A stretch of DNA of 62,962 nt, filler included, from Aduncisulcus paluster (GCA_024181965.1; 6 parts of 6 records of this genome joined end to end with filler, not necessarily neighbours in it), one strand, 5' to 3'. Shown: positions 32,111 through 44,915, numbered from the whole stretch's first letter. Translations and numbers: made by a program. Notes: generated from the letters alone by a model not told the origin.

Positions 32111-33077
32111 GTGTTTATCCACTCGTAGATGGCTTTTGAGCGTTGTATATCCAGAACTCTCTTCTCTTCACTCCTTTCCTTCTCTTCTTCTTTCCTTTTT
32201 TTTCTCTATTCCACCGCCAATAACCTTAATAATATAATAATAAATCCCACCACGCCCTATGATGCCAATCAATATTTGGACTTTTGGCATTGCCCTGTGG
32301 TGGGATTTAATAGTTTAATAGAAAAAGAAAGTCTCCTTTTCTCCTTCAATTTTTTTTCTATAATGAGAAACGAGGACCTTGACAGGATCATCAAGGTCCT
32401 CAAATTTTGGATTCCATTTCTTTTATCATAGGTCCCTTCTTCATTGCCTTTCTTCGCATTTCCAACATCTTGGTTTCTTCCTCTTCTGCTTTGATAATCG
32501 TCGAACGCGATACAATGTCCATCATAGTTTCTATATCTTTCTGAGCTGATTGCTAATGCAAGATCGGGGATTTGGTCACTGGAAGAGAGAGGGAAGGACC
32601 AACGAAAACGTTGCCGCACGCCCGAAAAAAATGGATGGGATATACGGTGGAGTCATCTGTTACTATCATTGGGCTATTTCTCCTCTTCTTCTCAACTCGT
32701 TTCCAAAGTATAAGTGACATCTAAAACACTGGAACCTACTTTAATGGCTTCTGCGCATCTCTTCTGCACCTGCAAGTAATAGCCAAACAAACATATGTTG
32801 GACTTTCATATCCTTCTTGTAACTCAACAATATCTTTGGTAAGTGTGGCCAAAGAAGCAAGCGATGAGCCTTCATTGTTCTCCCAACTTCGTTCTGAGTT
32901 CTCTTGGAATATTTTCCACACAACATTGTAGGGATATGGCCTTGATATTGCCTGTGAGTGCTACCCCATCAATGAATNNNNNNNNNNNNNNNNNNNNNNN
33001 NNNNNNNNNNNNNNNNNNNNNTTAATTAATTAANNNNNNNNNNNNNNNNNNNNNNNNNNNNNNNNNNNNNNNNNNNN

Positions 33078-33544
33078 ATGCGGAGGAGGACAGAACGAGT
33101 CACAGAGTCATCGCCAATATCATCTTTGTTTTCGGCATAATCATACAAAGTCATGGGAACAGGGAGTTTTTCGCCAATATTTCCATCAGAATCGATGTAA
33201 TATGCAGAAGAAAACCATTTGAATTCATCACTGTTCAATGATACACTAATATCGAAGGTATCAACCACAGCATCACATCCAATAGTAAATTGATGAGTTC
33301 CTTCTTCACATTGATAAATTTTCTTTGTAGTAGAGCTCTCTACATCGTCAGCAGCAAGAGAATACAAAGATTTCGTTACCTCGGAACATGAGGAAGGAGT
33401 TGTTATTGTAACCGTTCCACCACATGCAGATCCATCAGATTGACTAATATATTCAACAGCAAAAGGAGAATTTGTCGAAATATAGGGTTTATCATCAATG
33501 TAAGGATAATATGTAAATCTATTTGAACAACACGTTTCTGACAT
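33078..33544 (-). CDS. Hypothetical protein, truncated by contig end
   Basis: Open frame to the spacer; beta-rich Ser/Thr/Cys composition suggests an extracellular domain. Confidence 0.55.
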
Positions 33545-33816
33545 AAAAAAGGAAGGTTATTGGATAAATATATTTCGTAAAAATTCAAAAAAGAAGGAAT
33601 TCGAGTTATCCTTCTGGTAATACGGGGAAAAAAACGAAAACAAGAATTATAATGGGAAACGAAGGATTTATTGGTGAGTTAAATTGAAAAATATCGTATG
33701 ATATAATCTAAATTCATATTGAAATGTTGGATTATCGATGTAATCACAATATCAGGATTCAGATTGGTCATCGGTCATATCTTACTAATTCTACAAGTGG
33801 ACAATAATATATTATT

Positions 33817-34407
33817 CTATAAAACACCATCGGGGGTGCCACAAAACATTACTAAAGTGAGAGTTTCTGATTCTTTGTTATATTTACCAGTAGTCTTTTC
33901 AGCCTCTACTTTTCGAGGTAATGTTGTTCTAAGTGCATATTTAGAGCCAAGTATCTTTAACACATCATTTTCTATATCAACAGAAAGTGCTTCGTATGGT
34001 TCACCTGGAATTTTGATTGTGGCAACAAGATATTTACAATAGGCATCAGAGCCAGGGACAAGTCCTTCAAAGCCCCCATACATTTCTTGGGCTGAAACTC
34101 TTTGTCTTGGATGAATTTCATATTCTGGAATCTTCTTTCCCTGGGAAATCTGAGTCCATTCATCCTCTTCTTCAATCTCATCATGTTCCCATATCTCTCC
34201 AGATAATAACGAATCATGTTTATGGGCAATTTCTTTTTGTTCTATATCAAATATTCGTTTCTTTTTTTCCTTTTCTATAACTTCTTTTTGCTCCATTCGA
34301 TATTTAGCAACGGTTTTTGGTTCACCTCGCATCAATGATTGTTCTTCCCTTTTTTTGCTTGCTTTTGCAGCAGTGTCGAGAATTTCTGCCAATTGGAGTA
34401 CTTCCAT
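33817..34407 (-). CDS. DNAAF6: Dynein axonemal assembly factor 6 (PIH1D3/Twister)
   Basis: 'PEYEIHPRQRVSAQEMY...CKYLVATIKIPG...LPRKVE...KYNKESETLTLVM' matches PIH1D3. Complete from ATG 34407 (196 aa); 34476-34745 is a gap-flank duplicate. Confidence 0.85.
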   Translation of the reverse strand: MEVLQLAEILDTAAKASKKREEQSLMRGEPKTVAKYRMEQKEVIEKEKKKRIFDIEQKEIAHKHDSLLSGEIWEHDEIEEEDEWTQISQGKKIPEYEIHPRQRVSAQEMYGGFEGLVPGSDAYCKYLVATIKIPGEPYEALSVDIENDVLKILGSKYALRTTLPRKVEAEKTTGKYNKESETLTLVMFCGTPDGVL

Positions 34408-34814
34408 ATGATCCCTGTTGGAGATGGAGCGAAAAAAAAAGACTGGTTTGAAACTNNNNNNNNNNNNNNNNNNNNTCCCATATCTCTCCAGATAATAACG
34501 AATCATGTTTATGGGCAATTTCTTTTTGTTCTATATCAAATATTCGTTTCTTTTTTTCCTTTTCTATAACTTCTTTTTGCTCCATTCGATATTTAGCAAC
34601 GGTTTTTGGTTCACCTCGCATCAATGATTGTTCTTCCCTTTTTTTGCTTGCTTTTGCAGCAGTGTCGAGAATTTCTGCCAATTGGAGTACTTCCATATGA
34701 TCCCTGTTGGAGATGGAGCGAAAAAAAAAAGACTGGTTTGAAACTTTCAACGAATGCAATCAACTCTTTTGATGAACAGCTTCGTTTTTGTTGTGATATG
34801 AAAATATAAACAAA

Positions 34815-35924
34815 ATGGGGAGAAAAAGCGATGGTAAAAATGTCTTAATAAGCAAGAGAAATCAAAAGAAAAAACCAACTATAACAATTATTCGAAAAAG
34901 AATACAATTATCTATTTCTCCGGAAATTAAACCAACCGTGTCGTCAAAAATCTGTGAAAGTACTGGAAAGCTTATTAAAAAGGATAAAACCTGTTCAGAT
35001 ACTGTGTTTTGTTTCGAAAAACAATCTGAATTTGAAAAGGAATTCCCTTCTGGTGTTGTTTATCCTGTACAACAACAGGAAGTGGAAGAATTTGTTAAAA
35101 TAGTTCGTAGAGTTGTTACTCTTGAGCATGAACACAGATTGAAACATGAAAGAACACGTGAAAGAAGGGTCCTTCCTGCTAAACATGCTGTATTCTTATT
35201 TCCAGGAGAAAGTTTCTCTCCTTTTATTAAAATAGGGCTGAGAAAAGTATTGGCGACATTACGCAGTTATCGCAATGAGCTTGAGAGGTGGTTTGCCAAA
35301 AAACAAGATGAATATCACAAAGAAGTGTTTTCTTCGTTAATTGGAATGGCTAAGGAGGATAGAATTAAATATTCTCGGAATTATTTCAGTTCTTTAATTC
35401 CTCCCGCTGGGAAATATCGTCCTTCATGCGTTTCTCTTGCCATAGATATTGATCTTTCCCTTGAGCCTTTGAAAGAGGTTGTTCGTGAGATTCTTCGTTA
35501 TACTCTTGGAAAACCTGCTCAATTTAGCGTAGAAGATTCGGATAAATATGCTGATTCGCCATATTATGGACTTCCTTTTGCCGTTCCTCCGATTCCTGTT
35601 TATGGATTTGTGGGGACATCGCAACTTGGGTACATAACTATATCGTTGAAAAAAGAAAAGAAAGAGGAATCAAAGAAAACTCAATGTATTAAGGAGATGA
35701 AAGAGGAAAATCGACAGATTGCAAAACAATATCATCTTTCTTCTCAACCAAAACTCCATGATATTTCCAAAATCTCTGTGTATAAGCCGCCAAAAGTTTT
35801 GTATGATCAAGCTAGTGCCATTGCCATTGTGCTTGGAAATGAACATCCAATGTTGAATAAGAAAATTCAATCTCTTCATTTTAAAAATATCCAATTGAGA
35901 AGAGGATTAGATCGTGAGATTTGA
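34815..35924 (+). CDS. Divergent L7Ae-fold RNA-binding protein, possibly SECIS-binding protein 2-like
   Basis: Ordered blocks 'IGLRKVLATL', 'PSCVSLAID', 'LKEVVREIL', 'IPVYGFVGTSQLG', 'ASAIAIV' align by eye to the L7Ae domain of SBP2 with insertions. Confidence 0.45.
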   Translation: MGRKSDGKNVLISKRNQKKKPTITIIRKRIQLSISPEIKPTVSSKICESTGKLIKKDKTCSDTVFCFEKQSEFEKEFPSGVVYPVQQQEVEEFVKIVRRVVTLEHEHRLKHERTRERRVLPAKHAVFLFPGESFSPFIKIGLRKVLATLRSYRNELERWFAKKQDEYHKEVFSSLIGMAKEDRIKYSRNYFSSLIPPAGKYRPSCVSLAIDIDLSLEPLKEVVREILRYTLGKPAQFSVEDSDKYADSPYYGLPFAVPPIPVYGFVGTSQLGYITISLKKEKKEESKKTQCIKEMKEENRQIAKQYHLSSQPKLHDISKISVYKPPKVLYDQASAIAIVLGNEHPMLNKKIQSLHFKNIQLRRGLDREI

Positions 35925-36663
35925 TCAAAATTTTGAAATCTTAATCAGAAGTTTTTTTTTTTTTTTTTTTTTTTTAATGATAGGAGTTCATTTCTGTTTT
36001 ATTTTGAAATATTTTTTCATGGTCGATTTTTCTTAAAATCCTTTGTTTCTTATCCTTAACAGGTTCAGCTTTTGAATTGCAACAAAAAGACAACATTGAC
36101 GTTTTGAATTCATGAACAAGTACAAACGGGAAAATTTTGCACAAAAAATCTATTCTCCACTTGTATGGGCTTGAACATGTGCCAGGTCCCGTTGCGGGGA
36201 AAGAGGCATTGCCAATACACAATATGATGATTTTGTTTTGACTCGGGGGGGTTTATTCAATTGTGATTAGCATATTCTAATAAAGATTTATGGTGTTCGT
36301 ATTGTTCCAAATCACCCAATGCGGAATAAAGTATATATTAGGAAAGTTTGTGACGGGTCATTAGGGTGGGACTGAAATTGGTTGCTGTGGGATGATGATT
36401 ATGTTCGGGTGGGTTGGAGTTTATATTCATAGCCTTATTTGTCAAACATTTGGTTTGTGAAAGAATTAAGTTGTAATTCTTGTTGGGATTGATTTGATTT
36501 GATTTAATAAATTTGTCGACCCGTGGATAATTTTTATAAAGTTTTATTCACGATTAACATTCTAAAGATTACCATAATGCTCCAAGACTCAGCTTGTGCT
36601 TCTCAGCGTAGCCCAGGTAAGCCAAATAAGAGGAGGCAAGCCCCACTCCAATTGCTTTCCCAG

Positions 36664-36685
36664 CACACACACACACACACACACA
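36664..36685 (+). repeat. (CA)n microsatellite
   Basis: About 11 CA units. Confidence 0.9.
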
Positions 36686-37628
36686 ATATGATTTTGTTTG
36701 CACCCCGTTTTTTTCCTTCTGCACGAATCTTGTTTGCTAAATTTTGGAATTTGCATAATTTTCGTTTATAATTGCAAAAATTAATCCTTCTATACCGCCT
36801 TGAGAAAGAATAACTCTTTTGTTTCTCTCAAACTTCCTGTAACATATCAATAGCCCTTTTTTGCGCTGTTTTAGATCTAATTTAAAATGATTTCACTTGA
36901 TGGGGAACAGTTATGGGAGGAGTAATTGTCTTTGGCCTTGTAATCAAAACAGAACCATTTCGATCTGCTTGCCACAGTCTTGTCATATTTTTGTCGTCAT
37001 TTCCTCCTTGAAACTCACTTCATAGTCGCATATTGTGGTGATATTGTGGTGAAAATTATCACATTGTTTAATTATTATTTGCAGGAACTGAATCTTTCGA
37101 ATGATCATGAATATGAAATTCTTCATCTCCTGTCCAGCTTCATATTGAATTGGATGGATGTTATTTATATCGAAATTGCACACGAACATTTGGTTTTAAG
37201 ACTGTATTTTATAAAATAGGACTTCTTATTGAAATTTGTTCTATTTTTAGAAAATCTATTTTTAGAACCTCTCCTCCGTAATCGCGCGAAATTACCCTAG
37301 ATATGGAAGATTTGTTGTTTTTAATTGTTTATTGGCTGCATTTTGTTGTGCTCTCATCAAATTCTTTCCTCATCGGTCCTATTTTCAGTAAATCCACATT
37401 TTTTGAATTTGTTTTCCTCTCAGATTCTGACCTGACCCAGTTTCAGAAGAGAAATGGTTCTCAAAATTACATAAATAGCCACGAATTGCAATTTGTTAAA
37501 CGAAGGATTTCGTATTGATTTCCATGAAGTTCATTGAATGAACAGAAAATAAATCTTCATGAAAGTTTCTTCAGACTCTGGATTCCAGACAAAACGAGAT
37601 GTATAATTAAAATAGCTATTTATTAATC

Positions 37629-40600
37629 CTATAATTTGAATCCACTCACCTTTCCCCTCAATAACTCTGTAAATGCCTTGCTTTCTCTTGAATGAATGGA
37701 ATATTTCACATTATAATCAGAATACCTTCTCTTACTCCGTTCATGAGACAAAGGAAGAGATTCCTCTTGAAGTTCGTGAATTATAAGAGAGGCTTGATCA
37801 ACACGACCAGGATATGGAGAATGGGTAATGGAAGAAATTGAATCAAATACGCTTGGACTCGAAACACCTTCTATTTCTCCGGTTCTTTCTTCTTCCAATC
37901 CAGAAATTGGGGAGAACTGGGGGAAGATTGCCGGAAAAGCAAATAAAGACGATCGAGGGAGATATTTCGGATCTTTATCCTCAACAAAGAAATATTGGTC
38001 TGGAAACGAGAGTGATTCTGTGGATTTTGGAGGGAAAAGAGGGAATTTCTCATCACAAGAATCCTCACTGAGATCCTCCTCAAAACATAGAAGATCATCA
38101 AGAACAGCCTTCTCGTGAATACGGATATCCCGTTCGTTCTTTAGATAATAAAACCGACGTTTAATCCGATTAAGAATTATATATTCCAAAAATAGATCAG
38201 TAACATGTTTTAAATTGTCTTCAGATCCTATATTTCTATTCTTAGAAAGTGAGAATGAAGCAACCTTTAATTCCTGTGAGGAATCAGATAACGGAATGGA
38301 TTCGAAAGATTTCTCTTTCATAACGGTTGTTTTGAAAATGTCAATGTATTGAACACTTTTTTGTTCTTCTCCTTCTTTTTCAAGAGAATTTGTTATAATT
38401 GATTTCTCAACCGATTTATCTGAAATCGGAATCGAATCGTTTTTCGCCTCCTTAACAGTGTCTTCAAAGATATTCAAAGCAGATGATAACGGTTTTGGAG
38501 ACATTCCAATACTGGTTGTCGATTCAAGGTCTTTTCTCGAGGATTGTACAATAAACACCTTTTTATCATGTCTTATTGGCTTTGAAATGGTTACCTTTGG
38601 TTTGGATGTTTCTTGAACAACACTGACTTCTCGCTCATCAGAATCCATTACATTTACAATCAATGATTTAGAAATATCGGCTGAATCTTTCGATTTTGTA
38701 TCAATATATTCTGGACCATTGCTCTCAAGTTTCTCTTTGGCAAGTTTCTCTTTGGCAAGTTTCTTTTGAGATCGCATTTTCATCCATTCAGCCATTTCAG
38801 TGTCAGAATCGACAATCCTCCGATCTCTCCTCTGCTTGGGTGTTTCCTCACTCTCTTCTTTTTTGGAGTCCGATATCGTTGAATCATTAGTAGGCTGAGG
38901 GATTACAGCAGAAGCAGAAGAACTCGGAAAAATACGAGAATATTCAGTATCAGAATTCGTAAAAGATTGGGACGTTGTCGATTTCTCTTCTTTCTCAGTT
39001 TCAGTCCCAAAAATAGAACCAAACATGGAGGAAGATGCCCCATCAGAGACAACAGAAGAAAAAATTGAATGAGTTGGGTCAGAATCTTGAGGAATAACCC
39101 CAAATAACCCCATTCCCCTTTTTGAATCAGTCACAGAAATTGAAGTTNNNNNNNNNNNNNNNNNNNNCGTTGAATCATTAGTAGGCTGAGGGATTACAGC
39201 AGAAGCAGAAGAACTCGGAAAAATACGAGAATATTCAGTATCAGAATTCGTAAAAGATTGGGACGTTGTCGATTTCTCTTCTTTCTCAGTTTCAGTCCCA
39301 AAAATAGAACCAAACATGGAGGAAGATGCCCCATCAGAGACAACAGAAGAAAAAATTGAATGAGTTGGGTCAGAATCTTGAGGAATAACCCCAAATAACC
39401 CCATTCCCCTTTTTGAATCAGTCACAGAAATTGAAGTTGAAGGTGACCGTATATTATTCTTTTGGCCAAGAGATTCATATTTTGGAGGTTTCGAGAGATT
39501 ATCTTTCCTTTCGTATTCCTTTAGTTCTTTCTCAATTTCTATATCAGGAGAATATGAAGAAGATTCCTCATCGTTTCCTTTTTTCTCACCTTGAAATTCG
39601 GTGAATTTCTGTATACGATCCGGAATACTTTTAAGATTAAGACTGATGCATCGAATAAATTTTGGAATTTTAGCATTCTCACCACGCCAAGACACCTGAG
39701 AAAATTCCTCTTGTTTTGAGAAAGTATTAAATTTAGAAATAACATTTACCATTCCACAGTGGGAATGATCCCCTGCCGATTGATGTGCTGGCTGTCCCTG
39801 TCCGCTTCTTTTCTTCTGATTATACTGCAAGTGGTAGAAACAAAAACTTATACTTGAATGCATTGATCGAGTGTGTTCCTTAGGTTTTGTAAGGACAATT
39901 TTCTTTCCACCAAGGGTATCGGAAGTGATCTTTGAATGTAATGACATTGCCAATGCTTTCAGCGATTCGGGAGAGAAAGCTGTGTGAGACAAAAGGGAGT
40001 CAAGTACATCCAACCTGGGAGGAGGGGAATCTTCCTTAAAAGATAATGATATCGCTTGTTTCATCGAGGCACAGGCCTCTAAGGATGGGAAGACACAGCG
40101 GCCATTCTCGTTGGTAACAGCGTATACATGACTTTTGGGATAATACTTTGAAATGGATTGATGAGAGGTTGAGGGGTCAAATACTTTCTCGAAAATACCA
40201 TATAAATCTAAAAATAAACTTGCGTGGGATGATGGACAACTCGCTGGATCATTTTCAGCCCCATATTTCGGTTTGACAAGATCACAACCACCCTCCTCGC
40301 GACAAGAGATGTGGGGATGCCCATAAGGGAGTGGATTAAGCATCAAAAGACGACTTAGGGTATCAGCTTTTAATAAATGAGGATAAAACGGCAAGGATTG
40401 CGTATTTGGAGGTTCTTGTGACTTCTTCATCCTGTCTTGGATTGACCCGATGCTCCACACCATCGATGCTCTAAGTCTCGTAACAGCAGGCTCAAGAAGG
40501 CAACAAGCAGGCACACTGAACTTAAACTTATGGATGAGATTCACTAGAGAATATAGATCATGACTGTCAATGTACATGACAGCCTGGAGAGCAGCAGCAA

Positions 40601-41309
40601 CGGGAGGAGAACTCAGAGAGGCCCGATCAAACAGTGACAAGAGAGCTGAAAGGTTTCTCTTCTGATTTAACCGCAGCAATAGTGCAAGGGAGAGAGTTTC
40701 AGTTCGGTGAAGAGTAGTTTTGAATACATTATGATTCCTTTGTTCTTTATGCTTGAAAATCTTCTGATAACCGGCTAACAACGGATCTAAACATGCACAG
40801 AGATGCTTGTGGGTCAACATGATATGAAGCCAAGTTTCTTTCTCAGGATCAAACACCAATTGGGCTCTAAAGGTAAGGACAATATAGGTACGAACAACAA
40901 GTTCTAAACAACTGCAAGCTCTTGTTAAAAACATCAATCCTTCAATAGATTGGGGATTAATGGAGGAGTGATGAATTGAACCCGATTTCGAATGAACATG
41001 GGAGGCAAGATCAAGACCTATTGCATGAAGACGATCCTCAGCAAAAGGAAACACATCTTTCATTGGACGACGAGTATATTCAAGAATTTCAGAAATTAAA
41101 TAACCAAGAGAATATTCTAATTGGTCAAGAGTTAGAACAGATTTTGAATCTTGACGAAATCCAGCTTCAGATCTTTTATATTTTTTCATGACACGATAAG
41201 GATCGTGGAGAGGATGACCCTCTGAAGAGAAATATTCAAAATAACTTAAATCGTTATTCTTTTCTCTCTGGAGGGCCTCTTCTCGTTGGCACATCCGATA
41301 CATTTTCAA
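37629..41309 (-). CDS. SAC3: SAC3/GANP family protein; in-frame 291-bp gap-flank duplication; 5' end uncertain
   Basis: 'MCQREE..QRE..NDLSYFE', 'VMKKYKRSEAG', 'FAEDRLHAIGLDL' match SAC3/GANP N-terminal blocks. Confidence 0.8.
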   Translation of the reverse strand: MKMYRMCQREEALQREKNNDLSYFEYFSSEGHPLHDPYRVMKKYKRSEAGFRQDSKSVLTLDQLEYSLGYLISEILEYTRRPMKDVFPFAEDRLHAIGLDLASHVHSKSGSIHHSSINPQSIEGLMFLTRACSCLELVVRTYIVLTFRAQLVFDPEKETWLHIMLTHKHLCACLDPLLAGYQKIFKHKEQRNHNVFKTTLHRTETLSLALLLRLNQKRNLSALLSLFDRASLSSPPVAAALQAVMYIDSHDLYSLVNLIHKFKFSVPACCLLEPAVTRLRASMVWSIGSIQDRMKKSQEPPNTQSLPFYPHLLKADTLSRLLMLNPLPYGHPHISCREEGGCDLVKPKYGAENDPASCPSSHASLFLDLYGIFEKVFDPSTSHQSISKYYPKSHVYAVTNENGRCVFPSLEACASMKQAISLSFKEDSPPPRLDVLDSLLSHTAFSPESLKALAMSLHSKITSDTLGGKKIVLTKPKEHTRSMHSSISFCFYHLQYNQKKRSGQGQPAHQSAGDHSHCGMVNVISKFNTFSKQEEFSQVSWRGENAKIPKFIRCISLNLKSIPDRIQKFTEFQGEKKGNDEESSSYSPDIEIEKELKEYERKDNLSKPPKYESLGQKNNIRSPSTSISVTDSKRGMGLFGVIPQDSDPTHSIFSSVVSDGASSSMFGSIFGTETEKEEKSTTSQSFTNSDTEYSRIFPSSSASAVIPQPTNDSTXXXXXXXTSISVTDSKRGMGLFGVIPQDSDPTHSIFSSVVSDGASSSMFGSIFGTETEKEEKSTTSQSFTNSDTEYSRIFPSSSASAVIPQPTNDSTISDSKKEESEETPKQRRDRRIVDSDTEMAEWMKMRSQKKLAKEKLAKEKLESNGPEYIDTKSKDSADISKSLIVNVMDSDEREVSVVQETSKPKVTISKPIRHDKKVFIVQSSRKDLESTTSIGMSPKPLSSALNIFEDTVKEAKNDSIPISDKSVEKSIITNSLEKEGEEQKSVQYIDIFKTTVMKEKSFESIPLSDSSQELKVASFSLSKNRNIGSEDNLKHVTDLFLEYIILNRIKRRFYYLKNERDIRIHEKAVLDDLLCFEEDLSEDSCDEKFPLFPPKSTESLSFPDQYFFVEDKDPKYLPRSSLFAFPAIFPQFSPISGLEEERTGEIEGVSSPSVFDSISSITHSPYPGRVDQASLIIHELQEESLPLSHERSKRRYSDYNVKYSIHSRESKAFTELLRGKVSGFKL

Positions 41310-41653
41310 AATATACAGATACCTCTGATCAAAAAAACAAACAATGAGCTCAAACAGCTACAAATGATCAGTCTTGCGATTACGAATTCGGGTATTTTCT
41401 AATTGAGAATATTGAAATTAAAATTGAATAAAATAGATAGTTTAGTATTCAGAATTTTTATTTATTGACATATATAATGAGTATATCAGTAGAACGATTC
41501 TACATCATGTCTACGTTGATATAGTGGATATTATTAAGAAATATATTCAATCAACGAATATAACTTCAATATAGTATACGAATATATTAGCTATATTGGA
41601 CAGAATCAATTTGTTTCTCGAGAGATTCCCAATCACTTCCTTTCGACCTGACT

Positions 41654-42132
41654 ATGGATATTAGGGCGCTTGGAAAGCGCATGGCCCTTGCTCAAAAGGG
41701 TTATGCTGCTCAAAGATTACTCACCGAGAAAGAAATAACTGAGAAAAGCCGCCAAAAAATGTTGGACCTGGAAGAAGCTCGTCAAAGACGAATGCTTGGA
41801 TTATTAAGGCGAGATTCCGAAGAAGAAAGTGAATATTCAGTCGAAGAAGAGGAAGAAAAACCCAAATATGATCCAGGTGCTCCCACTATTCTTGGAGATG
41901 ATAATTTAATTGAATATGCAATTGATGATGATGATATCCAGGATTTAGCCATGATTGATGAGGATGAAATTGAACTTGAAGATCGGGAATTTGAAGAGGA
42001 TGAAGAAGAGAGTGGATTAATGAGTGAAGAAGAAAAAGCAGAGATTGACTCATATAAGAAAGATAAATCGAAAACACATGGGAAAGAAGACATAAAGGAA
42101 GAAAAACAAGAAGAAGAGAAGGATGATGAAGA

Positions 42133-42171
<39 letters not shown>

Positions 42172-43613
42172 AGAAGAAGAGGAAGATTCCAAGTATAAGC
42201 ATTCAAAAAGGAAAAGAAAGGTGATTAATCTTGATATACCCCATACTAAAAGTGAAAAATTGCTTGATTCGCTCGGATACACCCCTTCCATACCCGAAAC
42301 TCTAGAGATGAATAAGATCTGTAATTCCCTATCAAGTGCGGATGAATTGAAATATCTTGACCGATTAGTTCGAACTCACTCCCTTCGTGGAGGAGGAGGA
42401 TCATTTGAGGGTTGTGTCAACCTTTTTAGTAATTGCATGAGCCGAATTGAACTCCTTTCATCATCTGTCGAAGCTAACGATAAATCTGATATTCTCATGG
42501 AACGTGTGGATGCCAACAGTCGTGTTCTTCTGTTTCTTTCCAAAGAGATTCCAGAACATGCGGTGTCTGTGTTCCGGGGAAGAATCCTTACCTCCTTCAA
42601 AATGTTGTTTCCCCCAAACAAACCACCATTTCCTCCTTCTCTTCCTACTCTACTCATTCTCAGAATGGTTGGTTCCATATTTTCAACGAGCGATGCCGAA
42701 CATCCCGTTGTGACTCCCTCTCTGCTCCTTCTGAGTGGTCTCTGCCTCCATCTCTCCCCTTCTCCATCTCTCTCTTCCTTTCTATCTCTGCTCTTCACTG
42801 TTCAGGTCGCACTTCACCAGCTTGCTCGTTCGAAGAGGTACATGGGTGAGGTGTGGAATGCCTTAGAAAGGCTGTGGGAATGTGTGGGAGCAGTATCTTC
42901 ACATGACACTTCAAAAAGGAACATTGGAGTTGAACTAGATGCTTGGATGGTATCGCAAATGAAGATAGAGCAGGTCAAGCTTGGAATTATCCCCGCTTCA
43001 GATGATTCGAGTGATGTTTCAGTTCGTCTCCTTTCCTCCTCAACAACACTTCTATCATCTGCTTACATCAATGTTCAAGTCGGTTCAACACCCACCCATC
43101 TCTCTCTTCCTCTCTCTTCTCTCTCCGTGTCCACTGTCCCTTGTCCTTCTCTGCCTCTCTCTGTTCTCTCAGCCTTGATGAAAGTATGTATCCTTGTGTG
43201 TGACATATGGGGATCAGATGAGTCGATTGTTGATGCTTTTCCCGACATGATTGATATTATAATCAAGAAGACATTGTGCATTCAAACACTCGTCGAAAAG
43301 AGAATGTTGGAGTGGGAAGACGTTGTATCATCATCGCGTATGAAAGATCCTTCAACCAACTATTCCTTGTCATCCACTTTTGGGGCCATTTCTTCCTCAT
43401 TCAAACAATTCATGGATATTCTTGAAGCTTCCAAAGCTAACTCTTTTGAAAAACGTAAACCGCTCTCTCTTTTGCCCACCTTGGTGCCCTCAACCGTTCA
43501 GGTGGACCCTGTATGGAGTGCTGACTATAAACCAGGCGCAGTGAATGCTCCTTCATTGGAGTTGGCACAGAAAAGGATCCAAAAGAGAAAAGATGCCCGT
43601 GCAACTAAACGTG
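41654..43613 (+). CDS. NOP14: Nucleolar protein NOP14, 3'-truncated by contig end
   Basis: 'LEEARQRRM', acidic tract, 'IFSTSDAEHPVVTP', 'SKRYMGE', 'RKPLSL' are Nop14 blocks. Confidence 0.88.
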
Positions 43614-43713
43614 NNNNNNNNNNNNNNNNNNNNNNNNNNNNNNNNNNNNNNNNNNNNTTAATTAATTAANNNNNNNNNNNNNNNNNNNNNNNNNNNNNNN
43701 NNNNNNNNNNNNN

Positions 43714-44915
43714 TCTTTAAGAGAGTTTTTTATCAGGGATTCCATATTAAAATCTGATTCAGCAATGCCAAACATACCTCCAACACAATGGAGAGTAAGA
43801 TTATTTGATTCTGAACGAGAAGGCGCGGGAGATACTGAAGTGACGGATGATGAAACGGAAGAAGAATGTTTTGATTTGAGGGTAATATCTGTTTCATCAA
43901 GACTCTTGTCTCCTCGACGTCTTTGACCAGCTTTACGAAGTTCGTCACCCCCACACACAAAATCATACACGCACAGGCGGACCCAAGGATAGGAATATCG
44001 GATAGGAAGTGATTCCACGGATGGGGGCAAGGGATGGGAGAAGAAGGAACCGGATGAGGAACGGGGATGGGAGGTGTCATAGAGACCTAGGGTGGGTGAG
44101 GGAGCAGAAAGCATGGAGGGAATCGGTGGTGAGGACGGATCGAAGAAGCAGAAACGGGGAAGGGATGAGAGAGATGATGGAGAAGAGAATGAGGAGGAGG
44201 GAGAAGTGAAATCAAGATCAATGTTGATTCCATTTCCAAGTTCTCTCGATTTTGACGGGATTTTTATCTTGGGTGAAGATATGGAAGAAGATTCTTTATC
44301 ATATGAGTGAAACAAATTGAGCTTATCTAGTTCAAAAGGATTGATATAACCGTAATTAACGAGTTCATCGCCATACCCATAAATTGAATTACTCAACCCA
44401 GATGTAAGTCCCAAAATTAAGGATTGAACGCAAGCTTCGGTAACACTCATCATGCCATATACACTACCACTGACATCTTTGCCAAGATCTTTATACTTTT
44501 TCTTGGTTGATTGATCAGAAGAGATCATTGGAGATTCTGGTTGAAGCCGGCGAACAGCAGCTTGCATTTTTCGAAAAGGAATATGTACAGATTCAGTATG
44601 AATTCGTATTCCACTTATTCTTGTCTCAAACAGAGGACGTAAATCAGAGGTGATTTTTGATTTCATATCACTTGGTATAGGAACGCTCTGTGGGGGTGGG
44701 GGTGGTATTACAGGTGGAGGAGGGGCACTAGGAGGTGGTGGAATGGAAGGTGGAGGAGGTGTTGTGTCTGCAAATGATTGAAGCAATTTCATATCTGCGA
44801 GAGAAACGATTGAACGTTTATCAGGCTCAAAAAAAGCTTCAACGTCATCATCTGAGTCTAAATCTTGTTTTTTCGTTGAATATCTTCTTTTTTTGTTTTT
44901 AAATCGTTTATCCAT
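43714..44915 (-). CDS. Hypothetical Pro/Ser-rich protein, truncated by contig end
   Basis: Open frame from ATG 44915 to the spacer; polyproline tracts. Confidence 0.7.

Noticed and set aside
35974-37600. Short ORFs in a long spacer
   Set aside because: No coherent frame or motif; likely non-coding or heavily decayed.
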